From contig CM075992.1 of the NCBI GenBank assembly GCA_038087875.1, positions 1,118,001 to 1,182,000 on the forward strand: 64,000 nt of DNA, written 5' to 3'. The notes under the pieces are model-generated. The model was not told where the DNA came from and did no database searches. It worked only from the letters and a program-made list of their open reading frames with translations. The position numbers and the translations under genes are program-made. This document shows positions 38,371 to 50,980 of this stretch, piece after piece. The DNA comes from Malacoraja senta (taxonomy: Eukaryota). How positions within the stretch are numbered: the stretch's first letter is position 1; each line of letters begins with the position of its first letter.

Positions 38371-39959
38371 ATAGAATGGGGTTAGGAGGGAGAGATAGAT
38401 CAGCCATGAATGATTACGTCACAATGAATTCCACAGATTCACCACCCTCTGGCTAAAGAAATTCCTCCTCATCTCCTTCCTGAAAGAACGTCCTTTAATT
38501 CTGAGGCTGTGCCCTCTGGTCCTGGACTCTCCCATTAGTGGAAACATCCTCTCCACATCCACTCTATCCAAGCCTTTCACTATTCAGTACGTTTCAATGA
38601 GGTCCCCCCTCATCCTTCTTAAGGTCCTGACTGACCAGAAGCTTAACTGGATCACCTGCATCAACAGCCTAGTAACAGGAACAGGACATAGCTTGAGTAT
38701 ATTACAATTACTAACTGTATCTGCGGAACGATAAAGCCTCACGACCACTGACAAAGCTCAGGTTTAAGTGAAGGTTCACATGGTCACTGAATCAGCAACT
38801 GAACCATCCTACCACAACCAGAGAGCAGTGCTGAACTACTATCTACCTCGTTGGTGACCCTCAGACTATCCTTGATCTGGTTTTACCGGATATATCTTGC
38901 ACTAAATGTTGTTCCCTTATCTATAGACTGTGAACGGCTCGATTGTAATCATGTATTGTCTTTCCGTTGATGGGTAGCATGGAAAAAAAGCTTTTCTACC
39001 CGTGATCGATCCCGACTACGGGTGCTGTCTGTACGGAGTTTGTACGTTCTCCCCGTGACCCGCGTGGGTTTTCTCCGAGATCTTCGGTTTCCTCCCGCAC
39101 TCCAAAGACGTGCAGGTTTGGAGGTTAATTGGCTTCATCTAAGTGTAAATTGTCCCCAGTGTGTGTAGGATAGTGTTAGTGTGCGGGGATCGCTGGTCGG
39201 CACGGACTTGGGGGGCCGGAGGGCCTGTTTCTGCGCTGTATCGCAGAAATAAACTAACCAAACTTAGAACACTTAGAATGGGCCCTATACAACAGCCGTG
39301 AATGTCAAGAACAAATGGAAAATGTTTCTGAGATTTCTCTTTTTCAGCTGCTTGGCTCGTGGACGTTGGGCATTTTGAATGGCATTTGACAACTCCAGTG
39401 AATTACAGAAACATAGAAAACAGCACTAAGGATTCAAGCTTACTCCACTATTCGATATACCCATGGCTGACCCTGCATGTCAATACCACAGTGCCATCTT
39501 TCCCGTAGATTCTTGTGTTTACAAATTTGTCTTTTTCCTCCTGAAATATTTAAACAACTTGGAGTTTATGCCCTTCAGCTATAGAGACTTCCACAGGTTC
39601 ACCAACGTCCGAGTGAAGAGATTTCTTCTGATCTCGGTTCTAAAATCTCCTGCCCTGTGATCTGAGAGTGCGAATCTTCATTCTAGATGTGTCAGGCAAG
39701 GCAGACATCTTCCTTGCATCCAGCCTGCTGAGCTCAGTCAGAATTATAGATTCCATCCTCTTCGAAATCTCCTCCACTGCCCGATGAAGCGATGCAGGTA
39801 AGTTGAGAAAATTAGTTGCCTGTACAGTCATTCCCCAGTTTATGTAACAGGTGATTTACATAAACTTGCACTTACGTAAGCAATTCTTTAAGCCCACTGC
39901 TTTATTTCTGAGTCTCGGTAGTCTCGGTTGATTTTATTCCATAGTTTAAGAAAGAGCCA

Positions 39960-40160
39960 TTATCCATTACCCATACCATTATCCCATCCAAGCTCATCCA
40001 AAAACTCATTGAACTTGGAGTCATCTCTGCCACTGGATCCTCAACTTCCTGACCAACAATCACCGAGGATAGGTGACGAATTATCCTCCACTATATTCCT
40101 CAACACATGTGCTCCGCAAGGTTGCGTACTCAAGCCCCCTTCTGTACTCCTTACACACCC
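39960..40160 (+). mobile_element. Rex1/Babar-type RT fragment
   Basis: TIIPSKLIQKL...STIFLNTCAPQGCVL.P.LYSL remnants. Confidence 0.6.
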
Positions 40161-40237
40161 GTAACAAAGGTAGACTTGGCGCGGGGTATTTTGGAACTTT
40201 GTAAGTGCCCTTTATCTGGTGACTATTTGCATACCTT

Positions 40238-40520
40238 GTTTAAGAAGGAACTGCAGATGCTGGGAAATCGAAGGTAGACAAAAATGCTGGAGGAACTCAG
40301 CGGGTGGAGCTATGGAAATAGGTGACGTTTCTATGGAGCTATGGAAATACGTGACGTTTCGGGTCGAGACCCTTCTTCAGACGGGCGTAGATGGCCCACA
40401 GACGTACAGGTAGGGGTAGGGGTCTGAAGAAGGGTCTCGACCCGAAACGTCACCTATTTCCTTCGCTCCGTAGATGCTGCCTCACCCGCTGAGTTTCTCC
40501 AGCATTTCTGTCCACCTTGG
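40238..40520. mobile_element. Penelope-like inverted repeat about 80 nt downstream of the OLF-exon donor
   Basis: Hammerhead-like cores on both strands (40353-40380 minus, 40424-40451 plus). Confidence 0.8.
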
Positions 40521-40598
40521 GTACTTATACAAGCAAAGAATTTCACTGTGACTTGTCACCAGTGACAATAAAGTATTCGTTCATTCGTTCGTTCATAC

Positions 40599-41399
40599 CT
40601 GCGGTTGGGTCGGGGGGTCCGAACTCCAGCGAGTACCTCAGCACAAAGTGGTTGTTCCAGACATAGAGCTGATTGTCGCGGGGGTTGTAGTCCACGGACG
40701 AGACGTACTGGTATGGGTTGGGGAAGGCGATGGAGACGGGCTCCTCGCGGTTGAGGTTGGTGTTGAAGGCGAAGTCGATGGCGTTGCCGATGACCTCGCT
40801 GTCGTCCTCCTTGGAGACGGAGCGCACGGCGTAGAGGACGCCGCACACCATGAAGGCGTTGGAGGCCGAGCGCTTGTCGTACACGGTCTCCCAGGTGCCC
40901 TCGAAGCGCAGGGTGTAGGGGTTGAGCTGGCTCACCACCAGCTTGCCGTTGTTCTGCTCGGTGGCGTAGATGGCCCACAGGCCGTTCTCGTCGACGGCCA
41001 GGTCGATGTCTGTCTTGCCGCCCCAGCGGTACGGCGAGGTGTCGTGGTAGTTGGCGCCGGCGATGATGGCCTCGCCGCTCTTGATGCGGGTGCGCAGGTC
41101 GAACTTGACCACGTTGCGCGTGCGCTCCTTGTTGTAGAAGACGGCGCCGTCGTAGACGACGAAGCCCGTCCCGTCGACGCGGTGGGGCAGGCGGTAGGAG
41201 GTGGTCGGCCGCCCGGCGGTGTAGTCGTCCCACGAGCCGTACTCGGTCAGCGTGTCGGTACGGTACGGGATCCAGGGCATGTAGTAGATGCGGTCGCCGG
41301 CCTGTAGCGGGTCCTTGCACCAGGCGCCCGCCTCGTGCTCCGACTCGAAGACGTTGGTAGGCTCGAAGACCTTCCGCAGGGTCCCCGGGCAGACGAAGA
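40599..41399 (-). CDS. ADGRL1: ADGRL1 exon, olfactomedin domain (801 nt, phase 1-1)
   Basis: Acceptor cccgcag|TC TTC GTC TGC; donor GCA G|gtatga. Translates (V)[48 protein letters not shown]...[12 protein letters not shown], closely matching the latrophilin-1 OLF domain. Confidence 0.97.
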
Positions 41400-41849
41400 C
41401 TGCGGGAGGGGAGGGAGAGACAGAGAGGGACAGAGAGAGAGAGATAGAAGATGGAGAAAGCCGTCAGTTCTGGGACTCTGAGGTAAAGGCAGGACGTTCC
41501 CTCCACAACTCTGCCTACCTGCCCGTTCCCCCCGGGCCTGCTGCGAGCAATTCAATCATGAGTTGGTATTCTGACCATTCGGTGGGAGGGCTTGTCCGCA
41601 AACACACACACACACACACAACCCGCTCAAATCAGCACCAATGCCCTTGGCTTGGGTGGGGTAAAGGATTGCAGACACCCCCCCCCCTCGCTGCCCACCC
41701 CACCACTCTCAAAGCTTCGGAAGTTGGGGACGTGTGGTTGGGGCCGTTCATGTCAACAGTGGAGGTGAAATGGGAGGTGAGCGAGTGGCCTGCAGTTGGA
41801 TGCCTCACCAAGAAATGGGAGCAGGAGTCGGCCACTTTGCAAGAATGAC

Positions 41850-42308
41850 CCCAGGCACGAGTAGGTTAACCTATGATGAGCGTTGTCTGCACTTGTTGGA
41901 GTTTAGAATAAAGAGGGGGGACCTCATTGAAACATGCAGAATAGTAAAAGGCTTGGGTAGTGTGGATGTGTAGAGGAAGTTTCCACGAGTGGGAGAGTCC
42001 AGGACTAGAGGCCACAGCCTCAGAATTAAAGGACGTTCTTTTAGGAAGGAGATGAGGAGAAATTTCTTCAGTCGGAGGATGGTGAATCTGTGGAATTCCT
42101 TGCCACAGACGGCTGTGGAGGCCACGTCTGTGGATATTTTTAAGGCAGAGATAGATAGATTCTTAATTATTACGGGTGTCAGGGGATATGGGGAGGAGGC
42201 AGGAGAATGGGGTTAGGAGGGAGAGATAGATCAGCCGTGATTGAATAGCGGAGTGGACACGATGGGCCGAATGGCTTAATTCTACTCCTATCATTTATGA
42301 CCTTATGA
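41850..42308 (+). mobile_element. CR1 LINE 3' end (cttatga-tailed subfamily)
   Basis: GESRTRGHSLRIKGRSFRKEMRRNFFS...GYGEEAGEWG. Confidence 0.85.
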
Positions 42309-44116
42309 TATGGATTGTGGACGGCTGGGCTCCATCACCACTGCCCGTGTTAAACCACAGCGGGTCACGCTAATCAATTTATTCCCACCCTGTGTTTTCT
42401 GTTCAATGTCCAATCCCTCCCTTATGACTTTGCCATTCAAACCTGCCCTAGCATCCAATAAGGCCACGGCTGATTGATGTTGGCCTTGGTTGTGGTTGTC
42501 CCTCCTCACCCTCCATTCCCGAACTTGTCAAACGTATACCTCATCCTCACCTTTAACATAAGAATAGACTGAAGGTGTAGAAGTGCGAAGCCTCACTGCA
42601 CCAGATTTAAGGACAGATTATTCCCAGTTGTTATCAGGCAACAGGATCATCCTACCACAACCAGAGGGCAATGAGGTAATTGGTGGCCCTTGGACCATCC
42701 TTGATCGGACTTTACTGGCTTTAGACAATGGACAATATGCGCAGGAGTAGGCCATTCGGCCCTTCAAGCCAGCACCGCCATTCACTGTGATCATGGCTGA
42801 TCGTCCTGATAGGCCCGAAACGTTGCCTATTTCCTTCACTCCATAGATGCTGCCACACCCGCTGAGTTTCTCCAGCAATTTTGTCTACCTTCGATTCTCC
42901 AGCATCTGCAGTTCCTTCTTGAACATACTGCCCCGTTCCTGCCTTCTCCCCATATCCCTTGACTCCGCTATCTTTAAGAGCCCTATCTAGCTTATCTTGC
43001 ACTAAACGTTATTCCCTTATCATGTATCTGTACACTGTGGATGGCTCGATTGTAATCATGTCTTGTCTTTCTGCTGACTGGTTAGCTCGCAAAAAAAGCT
43101 TTTCACTGTATGGTGGCCATCCCAATAGAAACATAGAAACATAGAAAATAGGTGCAGGAGTAGGCCATTCGGCCCTTCGAGCCTGCACCGCCATTCAATA
43201 TGATCATGGCTGATCATAATAGGTTTGGTTCCAGCTGATGGAGGTGGAAGGAGGGGGGAGTGGGTATAACCATTGTTGCATTAATATTACCTGTCTCACA
43301 ACACCATCCAAGGGTGATATGAATTTAATAAACTATCTTGAAGCCATGCCTTAAAAGATAAGGAGCCAAGTTTGAGTTCCACTTTGAATTAGGTTACTTG
43401 CTGGTCTGAACAATGCATCATTTTGTTTTTGTGATATAGGGTGCGGTTTTCATGGTGGGGTTTTCATGAGGAATTCTGCAGATGGACATTTGATGAATGC
43501 TGATGGAAAGAACTGAACTGGTGGAGTTTGGACAGATGTTGGAAGGAACTGCAGATGTTGGTGTACACTGAAGATAGACACAAAATGCTGGGGTAACTCA
43601 GCAGGACAGGCAGCATCTCTGGATAGAAGGAACGGGTGACGTTTTGTGTCGAGACCCTTCTTCAGATGTTGGATTGGGCTAGACTGCATAATATACTGAC
43701 ACACTCTCTAGCCTTTCAGTTTTGGAATGGGCATATCTTGCCAGCGCTTAAGAGCTGTGCACCCTTGGGACAAAGACAGAACAAGTCAAAAAGAAGAGCC
43801 CTTCAACCTTGCAATGAATTAATAGTGGTTGGTTACAGCTGTAAGCATCATCTCAGGTTCATGGCATAACGGAATGGCTTGTATGATTTGTCATCAGAGA
43901 GAAACAGTGATCCATTGGTGCATGATGAAGAGAACCAGTAACATTGCATGGGGGAGACATATCCATTGACAGGGTGCCAGAGAGATTCCTGTGACAGGAA
44001 ATAGAGAGGTGGCAGTGGTGCAATGTTTCCACAAAGATGGGGGTGACAGCAATAGGAAGATGTTAATAAACTTGGAGAATGGGCATTAAATTCATTAAGG
44101 AATTTCAGTATCAGTG

Positions 44117-44420
44117 GTTAGTTTAGTTTAGGGATACAGCGCGGAAACGAGGCCCTTCGACCCACTGAGTCCGCACCGACCAGCACTACCCGAAACAAAC
44201 TAGGGACCATTTCACATTTACACCAAGCCAATTAACCTACAATCCTGTACGTCTTTGGAGTGTGGGAGATCTCGGGAGATCAACCGAAGATCTTGAAGAA
44301 AACCCACGCAGGTCACGGGGAGAACGTGCACGCTCCGTACAGACAGCACCCGTAGTCGGGATCGAACCCGGGTCTCTGACGCCATGAGGCAGCAACTCTA
44401 CCGCTGCGCCACCGTGCCGC
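44117..44420 (-). mobile_element. HE1-like V-SINE (further copies at about 13305, 15100, 27500, 30752, 36298, 39000, 47245, 52147, 52415 and 56210)
   Basis: Same head, V-domain and tail. Confidence 0.82.
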
Positions 44421-45691
44421 ACCTATGATTCATTTAGATATGAAGCGCATGGAGGCCACATACTTCTTGCAAAATAAATGTCTGCATGAGATGCAACAGC
44501 AACTTCCATTAACATCGAGCCTTTACTGTGGCAAAAGCACTTTGCGGGAGTTTGTCCAAATAAAATGCAACTGCGCCACATTAGATGGTCTGAAGACATG
44601 GGATGGAAAACGTAACGAGAGATAGATGTTAGTACGTGACTTAAAGGAAGGATGCAGATGGCAGGTTCCTCGACAGCTGAGCCACAGATACTTAAAGGAT
44701 GCCCGGGAGACTGGAAGTGGAAGAGTACTGAGACTTACAGCAGCGGAGCTGGAAGAGGATTCAAGTTGGGGAGGTTCAAGGTGTGATTCGAGTAGGTTGA
44801 TAATTATTACGATTCACTGCTGTCTTCTTCACTTGGCAGCCCATTGGCTTTGTGGAAGACTGGTTTCTATTCTGGTATGTGTAGGGAGGAACTGCAGATG
44901 CTGGTTTACACCAGAAACACACACAAGATGCTGGAGTAACTCAGCGGGACGGGCAGCATCTCTGGAGAGAAGGAATGGGTGACGTTTTGGGTCGAGACCC
45001 TTCTTCAGAATGAGAGGCAGGGGAGAGAAAGACTAGAGGCATGGAAGGGCCTTTTCCTGTGTTGTATGACCATAACTGCTGGGGAGACTCAGCGGGACAG
45101 GCGACATGTCTGGAGAGAAGGAATGGGTGACATTTCGGGTCATACATAGATACATAGAAAATAGGTGCAGGAGTAGGCCATTCGGCCCTTCGAGCCTGCA
45201 CCGCCATTCAATATGATCATGGCTGATCATCCAACTCAGTATCCCGTACCTGCCTTCTCTCCATACCCCCTGATCCCCTTAGCCACAAGGGCCACATCTA
45301 ACTCCCTCTTAAATATAGCCAATGAACTGGCCTCAACTACCCTCTGTGGCAGAGAGTTCCAGAGAGTTCTCTGTGTGAAAAATGTCCTTCCTCAGATTTG
45401 GATGGCCATAATGTCCTTCCTCAGATTTGGAATCTGAGACCTTTCGAGACCCTTCATTTCCTTCTATTGTGGTATTATGGATTAAGCAGTGACTACTGAG
45501 GCAAATGAGAATACTGTAGACTCCCATAGAGATGGGGAAGGCAATGTCCTTATAGGTTGGGCAGGCAGGTAGAGTGAGGTGATCCTTTCCTTCTGCTGCC
45601 TACACAGGACATCTGTGCTCCCATTGCATGAATCCAAGGTTCTCCATTTCACCCCTTATGCTCCTTCTCTACGTTGTGGTCTCCACGAAGA

Positions 45692-45705
45692 CCACCAGGG
45701 GGCGG
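45692..45705 (+). promoter_or_regulatory. Candidate CTCF site
   Basis: CCACCAGGGGGCGG matches the CCASYAGRKGGCRS consensus at all 14 positions. Motif match only. Confidence 0.35.
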
Positions 45706-46440
45706 CGCACGATTGGCAGCCCCGCTAACAGACTGTGTGTTTTTTCGTCTTTTTTAGTGTGTGTTAAAAGTCTGTGGAAAGGTTCTCCGGTTTGTTTTTC
45801 GTGGGGGAAGGGGGAGAGGGTCGGGGGGAACATTTTTTTTCAGTTTCTTACCTTGCCGGAGATGCGATTAATTTTCGGATCGCATACCCCGGTCTCCCTG
45901 TGGCCTACCATCGTTGGAGCTGGAGGCCTCCTCGGACTGACTTTGGGCTTCACCGTGGGGCGTGGACTTAACATCGGAGCCGATCCCTTGCCTGTGATCG
46001 CTCCAACCACGGCCTGCGGACTTTACATCGGGGGCTCGCAGTCTCGGGAGAGGCCGAGTCAGGAAGCTCCAACGTCGCGGAGGCTCGACCAGCCCCTGAC
46101 GTGGGGTCCGATCGCCGGGTGTGGGGGAGCTGACATCCCCCCCGATGCAGGAGCTGATCGCCTCGACGCGGAGGGCCTAAACGCCGCCGGCTACGGGAGT
46201 CAAGATCGTCCCGTCAATGGAGGGCTCGAGGCGCCCGACCGCGGGTGAGCTAAGGGAAGAGATTTGAATTTTTTTCGCCTTCCATCACAGTGGGGAATGT
46301 GGAGGAGTCACTGTGGTGGATGTTTATGTTAAAATGTATTTTGTGTGTTCCGTTGCTTTTTAATTGTATGACTGACCTGGCAAATGAAATTCCTCGTATG
46401 TTGCAAAACATACTTGGCTAATAAAGTATGATTGTGTGAT
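45698..46440 (+). mobile_element. Unclassified CpG-rich non-autonomous retroelement with LINE-like 3' tail
   Basis: Abrupt CpG-rich block ending in ggcaaatgaaattcctcgtatgttgcaaaacatacttggctaataaagtatgatt. Confidence 0.5.
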
Positions 46441-49400
46441 TAGTTGTGGAACATGAATTTGCAGGAAAGAACTGCAGATGCTGCGTTAAATCGAAGGTAG
46501 ACATAAAATGCTGGAGTAACTCAGCGGGACAGGCAGCATCTCTGGAGAGAAGGAATGGGTGACGTTTCGGGTCGAGCCCCTTCAGACTGTCACACGTTCC
46601 TTGTCTCCAGTGATGCTGCCTGTCCCGCTGAGTTACTCCAGCATTTTGTGTCTGCCTAGGAATTTACAGGAGTCAGTGGGGAATTCGCTTTTCTTCAAGG
46701 AGGTTTCAATCACATCCTAGAATCTTTATCTCTGCCCTGCTACTCCGCTCAAAGCTCTGTCACGGCAAGTATGTGCCTGGTATGGGTGTCGGATGTTGCA
46801 CTTGCGAATAATGCAGGCTGCCCAATGTAACTGGGGCCTCTGCTGCCTATGCTGGCCAAGGTTTCACTATTGACTAGAAAGCACAAGGGCGATGAGTAAA
46901 TGGGACAGTTTGAGCTCGGATATATTTGGATGACACCTTAAACTTCCAGACGATATAACCTTTAGGAGTCTAATCAGGATGGTGTTGGAATGGACAAACC
47001 TTGATAGAGGTCAGCAAAGTAGGGTGAGGGTTTCAGCAGCAGATGAGACTAGGCAGTGGGGTATAGTTCCAGAGATGGAAGCAGATAGTATTTGTGTTGG
47101 CGCAGATCTATGGTCTTGAACCTACCTTGGTTACATATAATACCTTCGCTCCATAGATGCTGCTGCACCCGCTGAGTTTCTCCAGCATTTTTGTGTCCCT
47201 ACCATTGTAGCTAACTCTGGTTCAACTCTAACTCCAATGGTAGACTTTAGTTTAGTTTAGTTTAGAGATAGGAAACAGGCCCTTCAGCCCACTGAGTCCA
47301 AGCTGACCTGTGATCCCCGTACACTAGAACTATCCTACGCACTAGGAATATTTTACAATTTTTACCGAGCCAATTAACCTACAAACCTGTACGTCTTTGG
47401 AGTGTGGGAGGAAACCGGAGCTCCCGGGGAAAACCCACGCGGTCACAGGGAGAACGTACACACTCCGTACAGACAGCACCCATAGTCAGGATCGAACCCG
47501 GGTCTCTGGCGCTGTGAGGCAGCAACTCTACCGCTGCGGCCCCGAAAATCGAGTAGAGTCAGTGGCTACTGAGCAGAGTTTGCGGTTGGATTGTATAATA
47601 GAGAACCACAATTGGTCTGATGATATTTAGTGGAAGGAAGATTTAGTTCATCCTATACTGGACGTTGGAAATGGAAATGACTGACAATTTGGGGACATTG
47701 AAGGAGAGGGTTGTCAGCCTACATGTTTTACAACCGGACATGGTGTTTATGATAACACAGAAATGGGATAAAGAAAGCATAATCATGTGTTGTCTTTCCG
47801 CTGACTGGGTAGCATCAGTCTGAAGAAGGGTTTCGACCGGAAACGTTGCCTATTTCCTTCGCTCCATAGATGCTGCCTCACCCGCTGAGTTTCTCCAGCA
47901 TTTTTGTCTAGCACATAACAAAAAGCTCTTTGCTGTACCTTGGTTAAACTAAGGTGAACTGAAGTACAGATTATTGGGGTGGGCAGCAGGGATACTGAGA
48001 TGGATGAAGAAAAAAAAATATTGTGAGTGACGCTATGGTAAAGACTGGATAGATGGGAATGAAAACGGGATATTCTGGTCTCTTCCAGTGGAATGACAGT
48101 GGGAAAGGACAGTTTACCATTGGGTCCAAGGGAGATCACGCATGTCACAACCACGAAGGATTTGTGAGTTAAACAAGACTGTGGCACGGTTAGAATCCCG
48201 ATTAGATGGATTCAAACAAGGAGCTTTGGGGAAGGTAGATACGGATTCAGCAGGCAAACGCACGTTGAGTTAAGATGAAAGAGCAATTGGGTATGGAGTG
48301 ATATATTGAAGGGGTAGAAGGGTCAAGGGTTAGTGTTGAGGAGGTAATGTGACAACAGATTTGAAAGAGGGGAGAGGGGGAACGGTACCTGAGGAAAGAG
48401 AGCTGTTAATAATCACACACAAGCCAGGAAGGGAAATTGGCAGAGGAACGGAGGAATCCACAAAATCACTAAAAGAATGAAAGAAAGCACTGGGACTCCT
48501 TGTCAGAGGAATCAAACTGAAAAGTAGAGAAGTTATGTTAACCTTGCATAGAACCTTGCTTGGCTGCACTTGAAGTCTCCATCTTATCAAAAAGACACTG
48601 GAGAAAGTGCATAAATAATTTATTGATATTATAACAGAACACACAGGTTCTACCTGTCAGGAAGGATGCAACAGGCTTGGGCACTTATATCTAGAACATA
48701 GATGAATAGGGTGACTTGACAGAAGTCTTTGAGATTATGAAAGGGTTCAAATTGTTTCAATATACTGCAGACAAGATGTTTCAACTCACCTTTGAGCCCA
48801 GCATTGGGGGGAACCATAAATAGAAAGATAATTGGTAATAAATTCACTTGGGGAAAACACAGCGTGGTTAGAATGTGGAACTGTGACCACTGTGAGTGGT
48901 TGAGGCAGCTAGCATTTATTATTTTAAACGGGAGGCCATATAAGTATGTGAGGGAAAAAAATAGTCCGATGTGTCGATGGAATTAGATGATGATGGGTAG
49001 GCGAAGACTGCTGTGAAAATAACCAGTCTGAACTGCCAAATGTTTCAACACAACAGGGAAACAAAATGAAAGCATGATGATGACTGACAACAATAAGCCA
49101 ACTGATATACATGACATAAATTACATAGGAAGACACATGGTCATGTTGAGAAGGCATGTTGAGTTGTCCAATTTAGAATCAAAGAGGGCTTCATCTTTTA
49201 TATTTTACGAACCAATTTCCAAAACAACCTTTACTTCCCTAGTAAAATGACAGCAAACATGAATTGAGAAAGAAGAAAGCCCTTCTGGACACGCCAGCAT
49301 TGGAATGTATTATGAGCTCGTGAGTGGGAAGGCTGGTGTTAGGGCTGGCTGTATGTGGGCAGATGGTCACTGGAAAGTGAGAGGGTCAGTGTGGTCGATC

Positions 49401-50523
49401 CATAATGGAAATGGCCGGGGAGAGGTTATGCAGTGGGAGAGAATGCGTGCGGTTTTGTTGAGAGCAGGGCAGTGGGTTAGAACTTTATGAGGATGGGGGG
49501 TCAACATGAGAGATTACTTGAGAGGGATTGGTCAGTGAAAGGGATCAGTACGAGGGGGGTCATTGAGGGGTTGGTGAAGGGAACGGATCCGTGTGTGGGA
49601 AGAGGATCGTTGTATGGTCAGTGGTTAGTTGGAGACAGACACAAACAGCTGGAGTAACTCAGCGGGACAGGCAGCATCTCTGGAGAGAAGGAATAGGTGA
49701 CGTTTTGGGTCGAGACCCAACACATAGTGGTTAGTTGGAGATTGGAGCAACTGTGAGGAACACTGTGTGTGTAGGGAGGTTTGTTCGTGTGGGGAGGGTC
49801 AGTGTGGGGAGATTGACATTGGGATGATGGACGATTAGTGGGGTGAGAAGGATGGGGGGGTAAGAGAAGATGATTATTGCTTTATTTCCCTTGAAGGTAG
49901 TAGCTTGCTCAACCATTTTGGAGGGAACTTGAGTCAATGACGTTGGTGGGTCTGCTCCGAAATCACACATTGACGATACTACATAAGGATGGTGAATTTA
50001 GGGCATTAGTCGATCGTTAAAGGCATTAGTGAATCAGATGGCTGTCTATAACAACCCAGCAGTTTCAAAGGCATCTTTCCAAATTTCCAAATTGTAATTA
50101 TTCATTGAATTTAAATTCCATGACAGGCACGGTGTGATATGAACTCTTGTTTATGGATAGTTAATGCAGGATTCTGGATTACTCATCTGGACATTTAACC
50201 GTTGCACCAATGGAGTGAGAGAGGATCAATTGGAAGGACGATGAATGGATGGGGAGAGAATTGGCGCGAGGGGGGGGGGGTGGGGGATGAACAGAATAAG
50301 GATGATGCGGAGAAGATGTCAGCATGAGGTGAGAGGCGAGCTATTGTGAAGGGAAGGGTCAGTGCGAGTGGTCACACTGTTGGGTTCATTGTGACTAGAT
50401 GGCTAGTTTAGAGATACAGCATGGAAACAGGCCCTTCGGCCCATCGAGTCCGTGCCGACCAGCGATCTCCGCACATTAACACCATCCTACACTATTGTTT
50501 TACTGTGAGGGGGGAGATGGTGC

Positions 50524-50980
50524 GTGGGGGGCGGGTCAGTGTGGGGGGGAGGGTCAGTGGGGGGAGGGTCAGTGTGGGGGGGTCAGTGTGGGGGGGGGTC
50601 AGTGTGGGGGAGAGGGTCAGTGTGGGGGGGAGGGTCAGTGGTGGGGGGAGGGTCAGTGTGGGGGGGAGGGTCAGTGGGGGGAGGGTCAGTGTGGGTGGGA
50701 GGGTCAGTGTGGGGGGGAGGGTCAGTGTGGGGGGAGGGTCAGTGTGGGGGAGGGTCAGTGTGGGGGGAGGGTCAGTGTTGGGGGAGGGTCAGTGTGGGGA
50801 GGGTCAGTGGGGGGGGAGGGTCAGTGTGGGGGGGAGGGTCAGTGGTGGGAGGGTCAGTGGGGGGGAGGGTCAGTGTGGGTGGGAGGGTCAGTGTGCGGGG
50901 GAGGGTCAGTGTGGGGGGAGGGTCAGTGGGGGAGGGTCAGTGGGGGAGGGTCAGTGTGGGGGGAGGGTCAGTGTGGGGAG
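50524..50980. repeat. G-rich minisatellite (GGGAGGGTCAGTGT(G)n), about 23 units, potential G-quadruplex
   Basis: Visible directly; unit length varies with the G-run. Confidence 0.95.

Noticed and set aside
40556..41506. 316-aa alternative-frame ORF and 219-aa antisense ORF over the OLF exon
   Set aside because: Expected shadows of extreme GC3 in a real exon; low-complexity products.
46765..46792. Minus-strand PTPIPGTYL resembling the lectin PDPCPGTYK motif
   Set aside because: Cysteine absent, flanks do not match the lectin exon, and no suitable splice sites.
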